From NCBI GenBank assembly GCA_051532035.1, contig JAOPTW010000008.1:128001-192000 (forward strand): a stretch of 64,000 bases of DNA, given 5' to 3'. The position numbers were made by a program, and so were the translations under genes. Position 1 is the first letter of the stretch; each line of letters starts with the position of its first letter. The stretch is from Fibrobacterales bacterium (GTDB lineage Bacteria; Fibrobacterota; Fibrobacteria; Fibrobacterales; JAOPTW01). Positions 17,705-27,981 of this stretch are shown here, piece by piece. The notes beneath the pieces are model-generated. The model saw nothing but the letters and a program-made list of their open reading frames with translations. It had not been told where the DNA came from and made no database searches.

Positions 17705-19155
17705 TGCAAATAAATAGACTCCGTGTTTTAAAAATTCTTGGCTTCCTGATAGTACTCCTATCAGGTTTTCTTATTTTACCCGGTCTTGTCGCACTCTATT
17801 ACAACGAATCCACCTATATCATCTTCTTTTACACCGCTAGTGGTTCACTCGTTCTCGGTGGACTCCTCGCCAAAATAAAGCCGAAAGAGACCAAAATCAA
17901 CTTTCGTGATAGTATTTTGGTGGTCTCTCTTGGTTGGATTGTCTTTTCACTCATAGGCGCCATCCCTTTTGTCTTCTACAGCCCTCTCAATTTTTCACAA
18001 GCAGTCTTCGAAACAATGTCTGGCTTTACCACCACCGGTGCCTCAGTTCTCAACGACATAGAAGCACTTGACCACTCCCTTCTCTTTTGGCGCAGCTTTA
18101 CCCATTGGCTTGGGGGGATGGGAATCATCGTCCTGAGTCTCGCCATTATGCCACTCCTCGGCTCATCCGGATCAAACATATACAAGGCAGAAGTCACCGG
18201 CCCTACCTCTGATAAAATCGCACCGAAACTTCAAAACATTGCAAAGCTTCTCTGGTATGTCTATGCAGGGCTCACCATCCTTCAGATCATCACCCTCTAC
18301 ATTGCAGGTATGGGTTGGTTTGATGCAACCTGTCACGCATTTGGCACTCTTGCAACTGGTGGTTTTTCAACTAAAAATGCCAGTATCGCAGCATATGATA
18401 ATAGTACAATCCACTGGATCATCACCTTTTTTATGCTTCTTGCGGGGGCCAACTTTGCTCTTCACATTCGAGCAATTTCGGGTAACATTGGCTACCTTTT
18501 TAGGGATATTGAGTTCAGAACCTATTTCCTTATTTTTGCCCTTACCTCACTCGCTATTGGGGGGACACTCTATTATACCGACCCAACAACTCCCTTCGCA
18601 ATCTATATTAGAGACTCCGCTTTTCAAGTAATTTCAATTTTAACTACTACGGGATTTGTCAGTGCCGACTACTCTATTTGGCCCTTTTTGACCCAGTTTC
18701 TGATCTTTGGCACGATGCTCATTGGCGGGTGTGGCGGTTCGACCGGTGGTGGGGTAAAAGTAATTCGTGTTATTATTCTCGTTAAATCGAGTATTGCCGA
18801 GCTCAGAAAGTTCCTCCATCCTCAAGCAGTCATGCAGTCGAAAGTGGGTGGAAACCCCGTAAAAGAAGATGTACAGCTTAATGTCAATGGTTTTTTTATA
18901 CTCTACGTTATGACAGTGATACTCACTGGTGGCCTTCTTACTGCAACAGGCCTCGACCTCGGTACCTCACTTTCAGCGGCACTCTCGAGTGTTGGGAATA
19001 TTGGCCCGGGCTTTGCCGGTGTTGGTCCGGTAAATAATTATGCAGGCATATCAGACTCTGGACTTTGGATTCTCTCTGTTGCTATGCTCGCTGGTCGTCT
19101 TGAAATGTATACGGTAATACTGCTCTTCTCAACAAATTTTTGGCGGGGTAGATAA
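17704..19155 (+). CDS. trkH: Trk potassium uptake membrane protein
   Basis: FETMSGFTTTGAS, WLGGMGII, TGGFS, TTTGF, GGCGGSTGGG, GNIGPG, GRLE. Confidence 0.95.
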   Translation: MQINRLRVLKILGFLIVLLSGFLILPGLVALYYNESTYIIFFYTASGSLVLGGLLAKIKPKETKINFRDSILVVSLGWIVFSLIGAIPFVFYSPLNFSQAVFETMSGFTTTGASVLNDIEALDHSLLFWRSFTHWLGGMGIIVLSLAIMPLLGSSGSNIYKAEVTGPTSDKIAPKLQNIAKLLWYVYAGLTILQIITLYIAGMGWFDATCHAFGTLATGGFSTKNASIAAYDNSTIHWIITFFMLLAGANFALHIRAISGNIGYLFRDIEFRTYFLIFALTSLAIGGTLYYTDPTTPFAIYIRDSAFQVISILTTTGFVSADYSIWPFLTQFLIFGTMLIGGCGGSTGGGVKVIRVIILVKSSIAELRKFLHPQAVMQSKVGGNPVKEDVQLNVNGFFILYVMTVILTGGLLTATGLDLGTSLSAALSSVGNIGPGFAGVGPVNNYAGISDSGLWILSVAMLAGRLEMYTVILLFSTNFWRGR

Positions 19156-19173
19156 GCCTATATTCAGTACCTA

Positions 19174-20457
19174 TTATACAGGCTTAACCCGAAAACTGAA
19201 CCACCCCAAAACCCATCCTAACACTCCTGCAAGAAGCGCATATAGATCGAAAGTAGTGAAACGATAGTTATTCGCTTTTGTATACCGTTTTTTAGGGATC
19301 CCCATTCGTGCCGGTACAACACGCGGCACCCAGCCATACTGCTTAGGCGCTATCAAAACTTTGTTCCAAGTAATCGCTCCGCGCTTTTCAATATCAGTTA
19401 AGAGAAGAAGGTCTCCTACGTGAAAGCGCTTGAGTGTTGTGGCACTAAGCCGAGGGCGGCTTTTAACATCGGTATCAGGCTCCAAAATATTAACAAAGAG
19501 ATGGCTTGACGTAATAAGGTCACTCTGCTTCATATCCATTGGGTTGGCAATTAAGGCAAGATAGATAATCAGATATGCGACAGCACCATACATCCCCCCT
19601 TTGAGAGCCCGGAAAAGGTTGAGGGAGAGATGTGAATAATTGATCAACTTATAGAGCCCAACAAGAATAAGCCCTAGGAATGGAAACACAAATTGAGGGT
19701 ACTCCCGCGCCCCCTGAAAAGGGTCAAGTAATATAATAGAGAGCCACTCTATATCAGCAAGAAAAAAACGTATTGTGCTACTATAGAGAAAGTAGAGCCA
19801 GATAAGCGTAATTGCCAACGAGACACTCACTGCAATACGCTGATTTCGGTTTGAAGGCATAAAGGTCACTACTCGAACGCCACCAATAAGGGAGTCAGAC
19901 TTCTCCCACTGAACGTGATACAGCATGAGTTTTTTCTTTTTACCTTTTGGTAAAAAACTTCCCCCTCGTTTAAGAGGAAACTCTTTTTTGAGCATCTCTT
20001 GGGTCTTTTTTGAAATACAGATTTCATCTTTACCCGCTTCACTCTCGACCCGGGCTGCAACATTAACGACATCACCAAAAACATCTGTATCCTCGATGAT
20101 TGCACGACCAGAATGGATACCAATTCGAATATGAAGATTAAAGGTGTTGTGTTCTGTTCGCTCACGACGCAAAATCTGCTGACACCCAATTGCCGCCCTA
20201 AGGGCATTATCAGGGTTTTTAAATGAAGCCATAATGGCATCGCCAATGGTCTTTAGAATCTTACCCTTGTACTGCTTAATAACACTAAAGAGAAGTCTAT
20301 TATGCAGGTCAACCTGAACCCGCGCCTCGACATCGCCCACCTTTTCCCAAAATTTTGTTGAATCAACAATATCGGTAAACAGAACCGTCACCTTTTTTTG
20401 GGACTTTTCAATATGTTTTGCGACGCTGAGGGATTGGGTACGTTTTATATCTGCCAT
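19174..20457 (-). CDS. Class III adenylate cyclase with C-terminal TM helices and SH3b-like domain
   Basis: LFTDIVDST, KTIGDAIMA, RIGIHSG, DVFGDVVNVAARVES; about four hydrophobic segments; VKSRP...W..V...YGWV is SH3b-like. Confidence 0.85.
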   Translation of the reverse strand: MADIKRTQSLSVAKHIEKSQKKVTVLFTDIVDSTKFWEKVGDVEARVQVDLHNRLLFSVIKQYKGKILKTIGDAIMASFKNPDNALRAAIGCQQILRRERTEHNTFNLHIRIGIHSGRAIIEDTDVFGDVVNVAARVESEAGKDEICISKKTQEMLKKEFPLKRGGSFLPKGKKKKLMLYHVQWEKSDSLIGGVRVVTFMPSNRNQRIAVSVSLAITLIWLYFLYSSTIRFFLADIEWLSIILLDPFQGAREYPQFVFPFLGLILVGLYKLINYSHLSLNLFRALKGGMYGAVAYLIIYLALIANPMDMKQSDLITSSHLFVNILEPDTDVKSRPRLSATTLKRFHVGDLLLLTDIEKRGAITWNKVLIAPKQYGWVPRVVPARMGIPKKRYTKANNYRFTTFDLYALLAGVLGWVLGWFSFRVKPV

Positions 20458-20540
20458 GAAGATAAAATAGGATAATTATCCTATTTGCAAAGGAGAGAGT
20501 ATGGGCTGGCAGATTATTTTAAAAATGTTTACAAAGGGGA

Positions 20541-21650
20541 TCACTTCGAAAAGTGCTCACCCTCTTGTATCTCATTCCGGACTTTACCATTTAGGTCTTT
20601 TACTGCACCTGGATTAAAAGGCACTTCGCCAAATTTTGCGACTTGTTCGGCATAAAAGGTATCGAGACTTCCCATGAAACCATCGAGCTCATCGCTACGT
20701 AGTAAAAGCATACGCCCCTCTGATGCATTTGGAATACTCTTCATGAGTCGAGCGGTAATCTGTTTCATCTTACCCAGAATTGCAAACTCAGGAACACCTG
20801 CTTCTTCAAGCTTTTTCTTATAGACCATAAAGACATTTTTTTGATCTTCGTAAGTCGGTACACGAATTTCTCGTCCTTCATAGTAATCGACAATTTGACC
20901 AAATATCCATGGATTGTGCATTGCACCACGACCAATAGAGATACCATCCACACCATAAGTATTGAGTCGGTGTATAAACTCTTCAACAGTTTTGACATCA
21001 CCATTACCCACAACAGGAATATGGTTGACCGCCTGTTTCGCTTCAGCTATTTTTTCCCAATCTGCTTCACCACGATACCCTTGAGTACGGGTTCTTCCAT
21101 GAATAATAAAAAGATCAAGATCTTCACTTTCGGCAAGTTGTGCAGTTTCGATCACATTAATAGTATCACTATCCCACCCCAGGCGTACTTTGAGAGAGAG
21201 CGGTATTGAAATCTCTTTGCGCATTTTCTGGAGCATCTCTTGCAGGTGATCAAGATCTCTAAGAAGCCCTGAACCGCCACCGCGCTTTACCACTTTTGGA
21301 GCAGGGCACCCTGCATTAATCTCGACCATATCGGCGCCATGTTCTTGGGCCATAACAGCACCCTTAACCATCCGTTCAATATCGGCACCAAAAACCTGAA
21401 TACAAAAAGGGTGCTCTTCTGGATGAAAAGACATCTGCGTTATGGTATTGGGAATAAATCGAGTAATGCCTTCAACAGAGACAAATTCTGAAACAAGTAG
21501 TCCAGAAACTCCTCCGCATACCTCTTTTACCGTTCTTCTAAAACTGGTATTGGTTACTCCATGCATAGGAGAGAGAATTGCATTAGGAAAAATCTCAAGA
21601 TCTCCAACCTTAAGTATTTTTTTGTGGGGTTCACCGTAAATTTTTGACAT
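20541..21650 (-). CDS. dusB: tRNA-dihydrouridine synthase (DusB family)
   Basis: SPMHGVT, INAGCPAPKV, HGRTR, GNGDV, IGRGA. Start likely ATG 21650. Confidence 0.88.
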   Translation of the reverse strand: MSKIYGEPHKKILKVGDLEIFPNAILSPMHGVTNTSFRRTVKEVCGGVSGLLVSEFVSVEGITRFIPNTITQMSFHPEEHPFCIQVFGADIERMVKGAVMAQEHGADMVEINAGCPAPKVVKRGGGSGLLRDLDHLQEMLQKMRKEISIPLSLKVRLGWDSDTINVIETAQLAESEDLDLFIIHGRTRTQGYRGEADWEKIAEAKQAVNHIPVVGNGDVKTVEEFIHRLNTYGVDGISIGRGAMHNPWIFGQIVDYYEGREIRVPTYEDQKNVFMVYKKKLEEAGVPEFAILGKMKQITARLMKSIPNASEGRMLLLRSDELDGFMGSLDTFYAEQVAKFGEVPFNPGAVKDLNGKVRNEIQEGEHFSK

Positions 21651-21840
21651 AATAATAGGGTTGGCTGATTGTCCGTAAGTGCCCAAAGATAATTAATTTA
21701 GAGAGGGCATGCCAGCTGAGATGAATATATATTGAAATTGTAAAAAGAATATTCTCCATGCCTTGATTTTAGAAATAAGTTACATATATTTAAAACTGCA
21801 CACAACATGTAGTGGTGTAACTTAGCCAGGAGTACTAAAC

Positions 21841-22167
21841 TTGCCAAACGTAACAAAACGAGACATTGTACTAGATATCGCACGTTCAACTGGATTTACC
21901 CAGACTCAAATTAGAGGCGTTGTCGATGAATTTTTCACAATTGTCGCCAAAGAGCTCCAAGCAGATAAAAAAATTGAACTGCGTGGGTTCGGCACATTCT
22001 ATACTAAGGATCGAAAACCTCGATTAGCTCGAAATCCTAAAACAGGAGAGCCAGTTCAGCTCGAAAAAACACGCGCTCCACTCCTTAAGTTCTCATCGGA
22101 CATTAAAGACAAAATTAATACCACTATTGAACTCCCTACAGAAGAAAGAATTCATTCAAGCATCTAA
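21841..22167 (+). CDS. HU/IHF family nucleoid protein
   Basis: IELRGFGTF, ARNPKTGE; GGAG SD before a TTG start; TTGATT-16-TATATT upstream at 21763-21790. Confidence 0.93.
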   Translation: MPNVTKRDIVLDIARSTGFTQTQIRGVVDEFFTIVAKELQADKKIELRGFGTFYTKDRKPRLARNPKTGEPVQLEKTRAPLLKFSSDIKDKINTTIELPTEERIHSSI

Positions 22168-22286
22168 TAGGCAAAAAGAGCTGAATTTCCTTAAATTGCT
22201 CTAAATCACCCTAAATAATCAAGTTACTCAAATTTATTACCGATAGAAGAACAGTAGTTCTTCTATTTTTATTTGTATCGGAATAT

Positions 22287-23684
22287 GTGATGCGGAGTAG
22301 CGTGAAATTTTCATTGAGAACATATTATAGCCCATTGGTGATTGTTATCGTAGCGGTTATCCTCTGTGCCTCTATTTCTTATTCTCAGATGCCTTCCTTT
22401 ACAACTCAAAATGAAAAACATGTAACCCGATGGAATTTGCAGTATACGTTAGCTCAATACCACCATAACTTAAAAAAAGCAGAAGCTCAAATTCTTATCA
22501 CCATTCCATTGAGTAAGAAGACCCCTGTACCTTATGCTTATTCTGAGTTCACAGGGCAAACAGCCTATCTTTCAAAAACATCTCCCGATCAAGAGGAACT
22601 CTTTTCAAGTACTCTTTCCATCGGTATCCCATTTCTTGACGGTCTTGCCTTTCTGGATTATGGAGAAAATACAACTCTACAAATAGAGTCTTTTATAAGT
22701 AATGCTTCACTCACTATTGATACTACTATTGAATCAAAGGGAGCCATCAATCTCCACGCCTTCCATTCATCTGACTTCTCTTTAGATCAATACTGGAATA
22801 CCCTCCGGATGGGATATATATTACAATCGAGCACTCATACTCAAATGGGCTTTACACTCAATCGGCACTGGTTTGGGATACAGGCCAACGGGAATTACAT
22901 TGGAGCACTCGAAGGAACGCTGAGTAGAACAACACCTCTCAGCTCAATGACTTATAATCTAAACTACTCAGACAATCAATACCAAGGTTCACTCAACGGA
23001 TCTTACTCTGGCACTGGCTGGTCTCCCGAAATCAGTATAAAATATGGGCCGGTGCGCCTGGAAGCAAAATTTGCAACCGAGATAACCCTTACAGGAAACA
23101 CGTCGATTAACCACACAACTCCCTACCTTATTGATGCATTAACGCTTAACCCCACTGACACCATTATTGACTCACTTCTCTCAGACAAAAGCCTTGATCA
23201 AGCATCACGTGGCGCTACCCATTCCACCGTGTATGAGACAAAGTCTCCTTTAAGCTTTTCGACACCGCACTTTTATACACTAGAAGTAGAACTTCTTGAT
23301 AGCACTCTGTTTATGTCATACACCAAAACCTTTGGCTCATTTTCACTCGTTGCAGCACAAGATTCGTTAGATAAGGCCACTGCCGCCGACATACGAAAGC
23401 ATCTCACATTCAAAGGGTACATAGATCACCTTACTATGATTCAAGCGGCTTTCACCTACGGCTATGGCGCTGCAGGTTTTCTTATAATGAACAATCTTCC
23501 CGTTGCTCAAGCAAATCTTTTTAACTATTACAAAGAGGGGAACGTACTCGACAAGGTAACGACTGCAGTCTTTGTACCAATTTTGTATGGTGGTCTCCTT
23601 GTTGGTTCCTCTGTTCAATTTGAAGTACAGCTCCATGTCGCACCAATGGTCTCTCTAAAGCTAGGAGTTCGTTATGTGTTTTAA
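22287..23684 (+). CDS. Secreted, probably outer-membrane beta-rich hypothetical protein
   Basis: Signal-like hydrophobic N-terminus, amphipathic strands, C-terminal LKLGVRYVF beta-signal-like ending; overlaps the next gene. Confidence 0.6.
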   Translation: MMRSSVKFSLRTYYSPLVIVIVAVILCASISYSQMPSFTTQNEKHVTRWNLQYTLAQYHHNLKKAEAQILITIPLSKKTPVPYAYSEFTGQTAYLSKTSPDQEELFSSTLSIGIPFLDGLAFLDYGENTTLQIESFISNASLTIDTTIESKGAINLHAFHSSDFSLDQYWNTLRMGYILQSSTHTQMGFTLNRHWFGIQANGNYIGALEGTLSRTTPLSSMTYNLNYSDNQYQGSLNGSYSGTGWSPEISIKYGPVRLEAKFATEITLTGNTSINHTTPYLIDALTLNPTDTIIDSLLSDKSLDQASRGATHSTVYETKSPLSFSTPHFYTLEVELLDSTLFMSYTKTFGSFSLVAAQDSLDKATAADIRKHLTFKGYIDHLTMIQAAFTYGYGAAGFLIMNNLPVAQANLFNYYKEGNVLDKVTTAVFVPILYGGLLVGSSVQFEVQLHVAPMVSLKLGVRYVF

Positions 23685-26600
23685 AAATTTATTCCTTCTT
23701 ATAGTGCTCCCTTCGCTCATTTACTCTGCAATAACTATTACAAAACAGCCAGAGTATGACAAAATTACCCGTCAAACATCACTCTCTTTTTCTGCAACGC
23801 CAGGCATACCAACCAATGATGTTCGAATATTTGTATCACCAATAAGTCATCCTACTATCACCAATTTTCACACGTCCATAACAGACCTTACTATCACTAC
23901 CGATAGTGATTCAACGGCAGTGATTCTTTTCTCGTACCCGGACCATCTCCCTTATGGCGCATACTACGTACGAATAACTAATGCACTTCAGAGTGAATAC
24001 TCCATGGAAATGCCAGCCCTCAACCCATCGCCTAATCCCGTTAAGATCAACACACCATCTTCACACGACCTCTCTTCAAACCCAACACTCACTTGGGAAA
24101 GAGATGGCCTACCCGCATTTCACCTTATTCTCTCTTCATCACCTATAGTCAACACCGACGACCTCACTTATTTTATTGATAACGCTTCTATTGTATGGCA
24201 AACAATTACTACAGAAAACAGATTTACCTTCACGCCTCAAATGGAACAGTTCCCATCACTTCTCCCGTCACAACAGTATACTCTTATCATTGCCCCAAGC
24301 TATGACATTAACTCTCCCTTACTCACCGATTTTACTACAGCATCACTTCTGACTTTTACTCAAAGTGAGCGCCCTCAAACTGATAGTAGCTTTGTTGCTC
24401 ATTTTGAAAACCTATTAGGCACACTCCCTCTTGCACTCACTACCATTCAATGGATGAGTGACACGTCAAGTAATAATTCCTATGAACTGACACTTCTTGA
24501 AGCAAAAATAGAGAGAGGTATTAAAAGTTATTCAGAGGTACTCACCCGTTCCACCACAGAAAACTACCTCTCTCTCCCGCTCAATTCAATTGTAACAGCT
24601 GGTAGTTTTCGACTCCTTCTTCACACTTTAGATGGTAGTGGAACAGTCATTGGGGCAGACACTGCAGCATTTGTTATACCGGCCGACTCACTCTCTGGTG
24701 CTCATACTTCTATTGTACAATTCTTGATCCAAACTATAGACAATGGGCAAACCCGTTATTTGGACAACGCAACAATCACTCTTACATCACTCAAGAGTCG
24801 CTCAACAAAAGTTATAAAGTCAGGCTCACACCTTGCACCACTCTCTCAGGCGGGATATATTGAAGTAAGGCTCGAACAAGGCCCCTATCACATCACTATT
24901 GAAAAAATGGGATTTGAACCCTATATTACTGAAGCCTCAATTGAGTCGACCACAGAGCTCATTCAAGCAACACTCCATGCAACACCGCAACTCCTCACGG
25001 GCAGAGTAATTGACCACAACAAACTCCCCATTCCTCAACTCCAACTTATTCTAAAACGGTTCGAATCAGGACATACCTCTATGGTTACTACTGACAATCT
25101 CGGACGATACTTTGCAACAGTTTCTGAAGGTCACTATTCAATTACATCGGCGAGAAACTCTCAGTACGAAACCATTACTCAGCAAATAAGTATTCAGCGT
25201 GACAGTGTCACCGCTCTTCAAGATATTATTGTGAGCCATACCGCTCACTCTATGACAGGTGCAATTGCAGATCAAACAGCAAGCCCCATAGCCAACGCAC
25301 AAATAATGGTCTATCACAAACAAGAACATATTGCTACAACTCAGACAGACCAATCAGGCTTTTTTCAACTGCAATTATCACCTGGGAGATACACTGTTCA
25401 AACCTCCAAACAGGGATTTAGTACCGTGCGCAGTGAGCATGACCTCTTTGCTCCCCTTTTTATTGATCACACACTTTCATCAACATTTAATACCGTCACC
25501 GGGAGTACTCGGCTCCGAAGAGATATTACACAAAATTCAACCACCTATCAAGTGGTTCCCGATCAACAAATCTGGATTGTTCGACAAGACTCCACAGCAG
25601 ATACTCTATGGGCAAAAACTGACGAGTATGGATATTTTTCACTATCGGTCCCCTATAGCGGAACAGATGCCCCCCCCGACACATTTATAGCGGGAACACG
25701 ACTATCCGAGTACGCAATTGCAGCGCTCTCGGAGCCACTTATTTTTGATGCGCCCCGCAAAGTTGAGAAGACAACACTCACACTCTATTTACAAGCAACT
25801 ATTACCGGTTCTTTTACATTGAGTGATCTCTCTATGCCCCCCGTATCTCATTGTACGGCATCACTTATAGATACCACTACTCTTGTATCTTACCCCACTA
25901 TACTCTACCGGAATGATAGTGCATTTGTATACAGCGTCTATAATATTCCCCGTGGTGTATATCGGTTTTCAATCAATGCTCCAGGGTTTTCACAAAACGC
26001 CCCATTTATTATGAACGACCTCGAAAACATAATTGCCCCCCGTAACCTCTATACCATTCCCCCTATAGTGCTCACCCCTCATTCTGAGGTGAGTACCTTT
26101 ATTGCAGTATCACAATTGAACAATACAATGCCCCTCAAAGCAACCGTGGACCTCACCCTTCCCCTTTCACGGATACTCGACACGGACTCAACCTACGCAC
26201 TCCCCGATGGGATCTATCACTACTCCGCAACAGCCCACAACGACACCTTACTCCCTATAGCTCATGCGACACTATCCGTTACTTCTGGCGATACTATCAT
26301 GCTCCCTTTTAATGTCGCACATAATCCCGCCCCCCTCTACAACTCTCCCTACCCCGGAACCTATACGCTGACTGTAACAAGTAGCGATAGTATCGATTCA
26401 GGATATGTTTATTACGAAACGCCCTTTGGCATCATCACCGACACCATCATTCAGCAAACGGTAACTCCAACCCAAACGTCAATACTTTTTGGTATGCCCA
26501 AACAGATTGCTCTTTCAGCATACTCCTTCAAAATTTTTGTAAATGGTATCTGTTACTCAAACAATCAACCTGGGCATCAATTTATTACTCAATTTAGTAA

Positions 26601-27981
26601 TGCGTCATCTGATACTCTTATAGTAAGTTCACCACTAAAAAAATCATTCTCCACACTCACACAACAAAACCTCACCTTATCACTCTCAGTTTCAAATAGT
26701 AACGGTCACGATATCACCACGCTACTCAACATGCCACAATCCCCCTATACTATAAACTGGAGTATTTCTGACCCTACTAAAACCATTGTACCCATTACCC
26801 CTGCACACATCAATTTTAATACGGGTACCCTTCCAGGAAATATTCAAGTAGCCGCAGCGGTCTCTTCGGGAACTAAAACAATAATCCACACATTTTCTAT
26901 TACCCTTATCGAGAGTACCTTAGATTCGCTTTCCGTGATATTCCCTCCTCATTATCTCACATCAACCATCGGTGGCGACACTCTTTCACTTATGTACCTC
27001 GGGCATGACTCCTCATCAAACACACCCATGCTTATCACCCCACCCCTCACCCTCAGTCCCAACCAAGCGGGTACTATCATTGGTTCACATATACATATAG
27101 ACAGTAATTTTATTGGCCCACTTTCAGTCATAGCTACTCTCCCTAATCTATCTGATACACTAACACTCTCCGTGGGGCAGAGTGTCTCTTCTCTGAATAG
27201 TGCCGACACGTTATTTCATGACTCTCTACTCAGCATCGTCCTCCCCGACTCACTCTTTTTATACAATACAGGAACAATTCATCTCCATAAAAGAACCGTC
27301 GAACAACTTTCACTCCGCTCACCGACCACCACGCTCTACAGTGATTTTTACGCACTTGATTACCCCTACGGACAAAAGCCTTATGGACTCCCATCCTTAA
27401 ACTTCTCTATCCCTGAAGAAGATAGAACCAGCAAGCATCCTGCTCTTTTCTATGATGATTCGAGCAACACTTGGCTCCCTTTTACACAGCCTCAAAATAC
27501 TTCTCAGATGTCCTTAGCTACCAAAATACCTACATCTCTTGGCTATAGCATCTTAACAGACTCACTCATTGCGTTTACTGTTATTACTGGGAGAAATGGA
27601 TATTATGGTTTAACCAATGCTTTACGAGACCACACACTCCCCGAACTTGCCATAACACCGAACCCTTTTTCACCCTCTGTAACTGCTGATAGGGATGGAA
27701 ATAGTCAACCAGGAACGCGCATCGATTTTTACCCATTTCACCATGAGTACTCAGAGCTCGAAGTGACACTTACTCTCTACAATATGAATGGTGAAATTGT
27801 ACGTACCCTCGCACAAAATGAACTTTACTCAACCGAACAACAAAGCACCTATTGGGATGGGCTCACTGACTCAAACCGTATGGCTCGCAATGGACGCTAC
27901 CTCCTCCGCTTCACCTCCTGCTCATTTGGTTCCCAGTCTCACATTCAAGATGTTCTTAAGCCAGTGGTGCTTTTTAAATGA
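23674..27981 (+). CDS. Large secreted Ig-repeat protein (carboxypeptidase-regulatory-like repeats) with FlgD-Ig/T9SS-like C-terminal sorting domain
   Basis: Signal peptide; repeats such as TGRVID...TTDNLGRY and TGAIAD...TQTDQSGFF; C-terminal TPNPFSP...YNMNGEIVRTL...WDG...NGRYLLR...VVLFK. Confidence 0.75.
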   Translation: MCFKNLFLLIVLPSLIYSAITITKQPEYDKITRQTSLSFSATPGIPTNDVRIFVSPISHPTITNFHTSITDLTITTDSDSTAVILFSYPDHLPYGAYYVRITNALQSEYSMEMPALNPSPNPVKINTPSSHDLSSNPTLTWERDGLPAFHLILSSSPIVNTDDLTYFIDNASIVWQTITTENRFTFTPQMEQFPSLLPSQQYTLIIAPSYDINSPLLTDFTTASLLTFTQSERPQTDSSFVAHFENLLGTLPLALTTIQWMSDTSSNNSYELTLLEAKIERGIKSYSEVLTRSTTENYLSLPLNSIVTAGSFRLLLHTLDGSGTVIGADTAAFVIPADSLSGAHTSIVQFLIQTIDNGQTRYLDNATITLTSLKSRSTKVIKSGSHLAPLSQAGYIEVRLEQGPYHITIEKMGFEPYITEASIESTTELIQATLHATPQLLTGRVIDHNKLPIPQLQLILKRFESGHTSMVTTDNLGRYFATVSEGHYSITSARNSQYETITQQISIQRDSVTALQDIIVSHTAHSMTGAIADQTASPIANAQIMVYHKQEHIATTQTDQSGFFQLQLSPGRYTVQTSKQGFSTVRSEHDLFAPLFIDHTLSSTFNTVTGSTRLRRDITQNSTTYQVVPDQQIWIVRQDSTADTLWAKTDEYGYFSLSVPYSGTDAPPDTFIAGTRLSEYAIAALSEPLIFDAPRKVEKTTLTLYLQATITGSFTLSDLSMPPVSHCTASLIDTTTLVSYPTILYRNDSAFVYSVYNIPRGVYRFSINAPGFSQNAPFIMNDLENIIAPRNLYTIPPIVLTPHSEVSTFIAVSQLNNTMPLKATVDLTLPLSRILDTDSTYALPDGIYHYSATAHNDTLLPIAHATLSVTSGDTIMLPFNVAHNPAPLYNSPYPGTYTLTVTSSDSIDSGYVYYETPFGIITDTIIQQTVTPTQTSILFGMPKQIALSAYSFKIFVNGICYSNNQPGHQFITQFSNASSDTLIVSSPLKKSFSTLTQQNLTLSLSVSNSNGHDITTLLNMPQSPYTINWSISDPTKTIVPITPAHINFNTGTLPGNIQVAAAVSSGTKTIIHTFSITLIESTLDSLSVIFPPHYLTSTIGGDTLSLMYLGHDSSSNTPMLITPPLTLSPNQAGTIIGSHIHIDSNFIGPLSVIATLPNLSDTLTLSVGQSVSSLNSADTLFHDSLLSIVLPDSLFLYNTGTIHLHKRTVEQLSLRSPTTTLYSDFYALDYPYGQKPYGLPSLNFSIPEEDRTSKHPALFYDDSSNTWLPFTQPQNTSQMSLATKIPTSLGYSILTDSLIAFTVITGRNGYYGLTNALRDHTLPELAITPNPFSPSVTADRDGNSQPGTRIDFYPFHHEYSELEVTLTLYNMNGEIVRTLAQNELYSTEQQSTYWDGLTDSNRMARNGRYLLRFTSCSFGSQSHIQDVLKPVVLFK

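Noticed and set aside
19174..20457. Pycsar or CBASS anti-phage cyclase
   Set aside because: Lys/Asp ATP-specificity residues are present, no cNMP-binding effector is adjacent, and the context is housekeeping.
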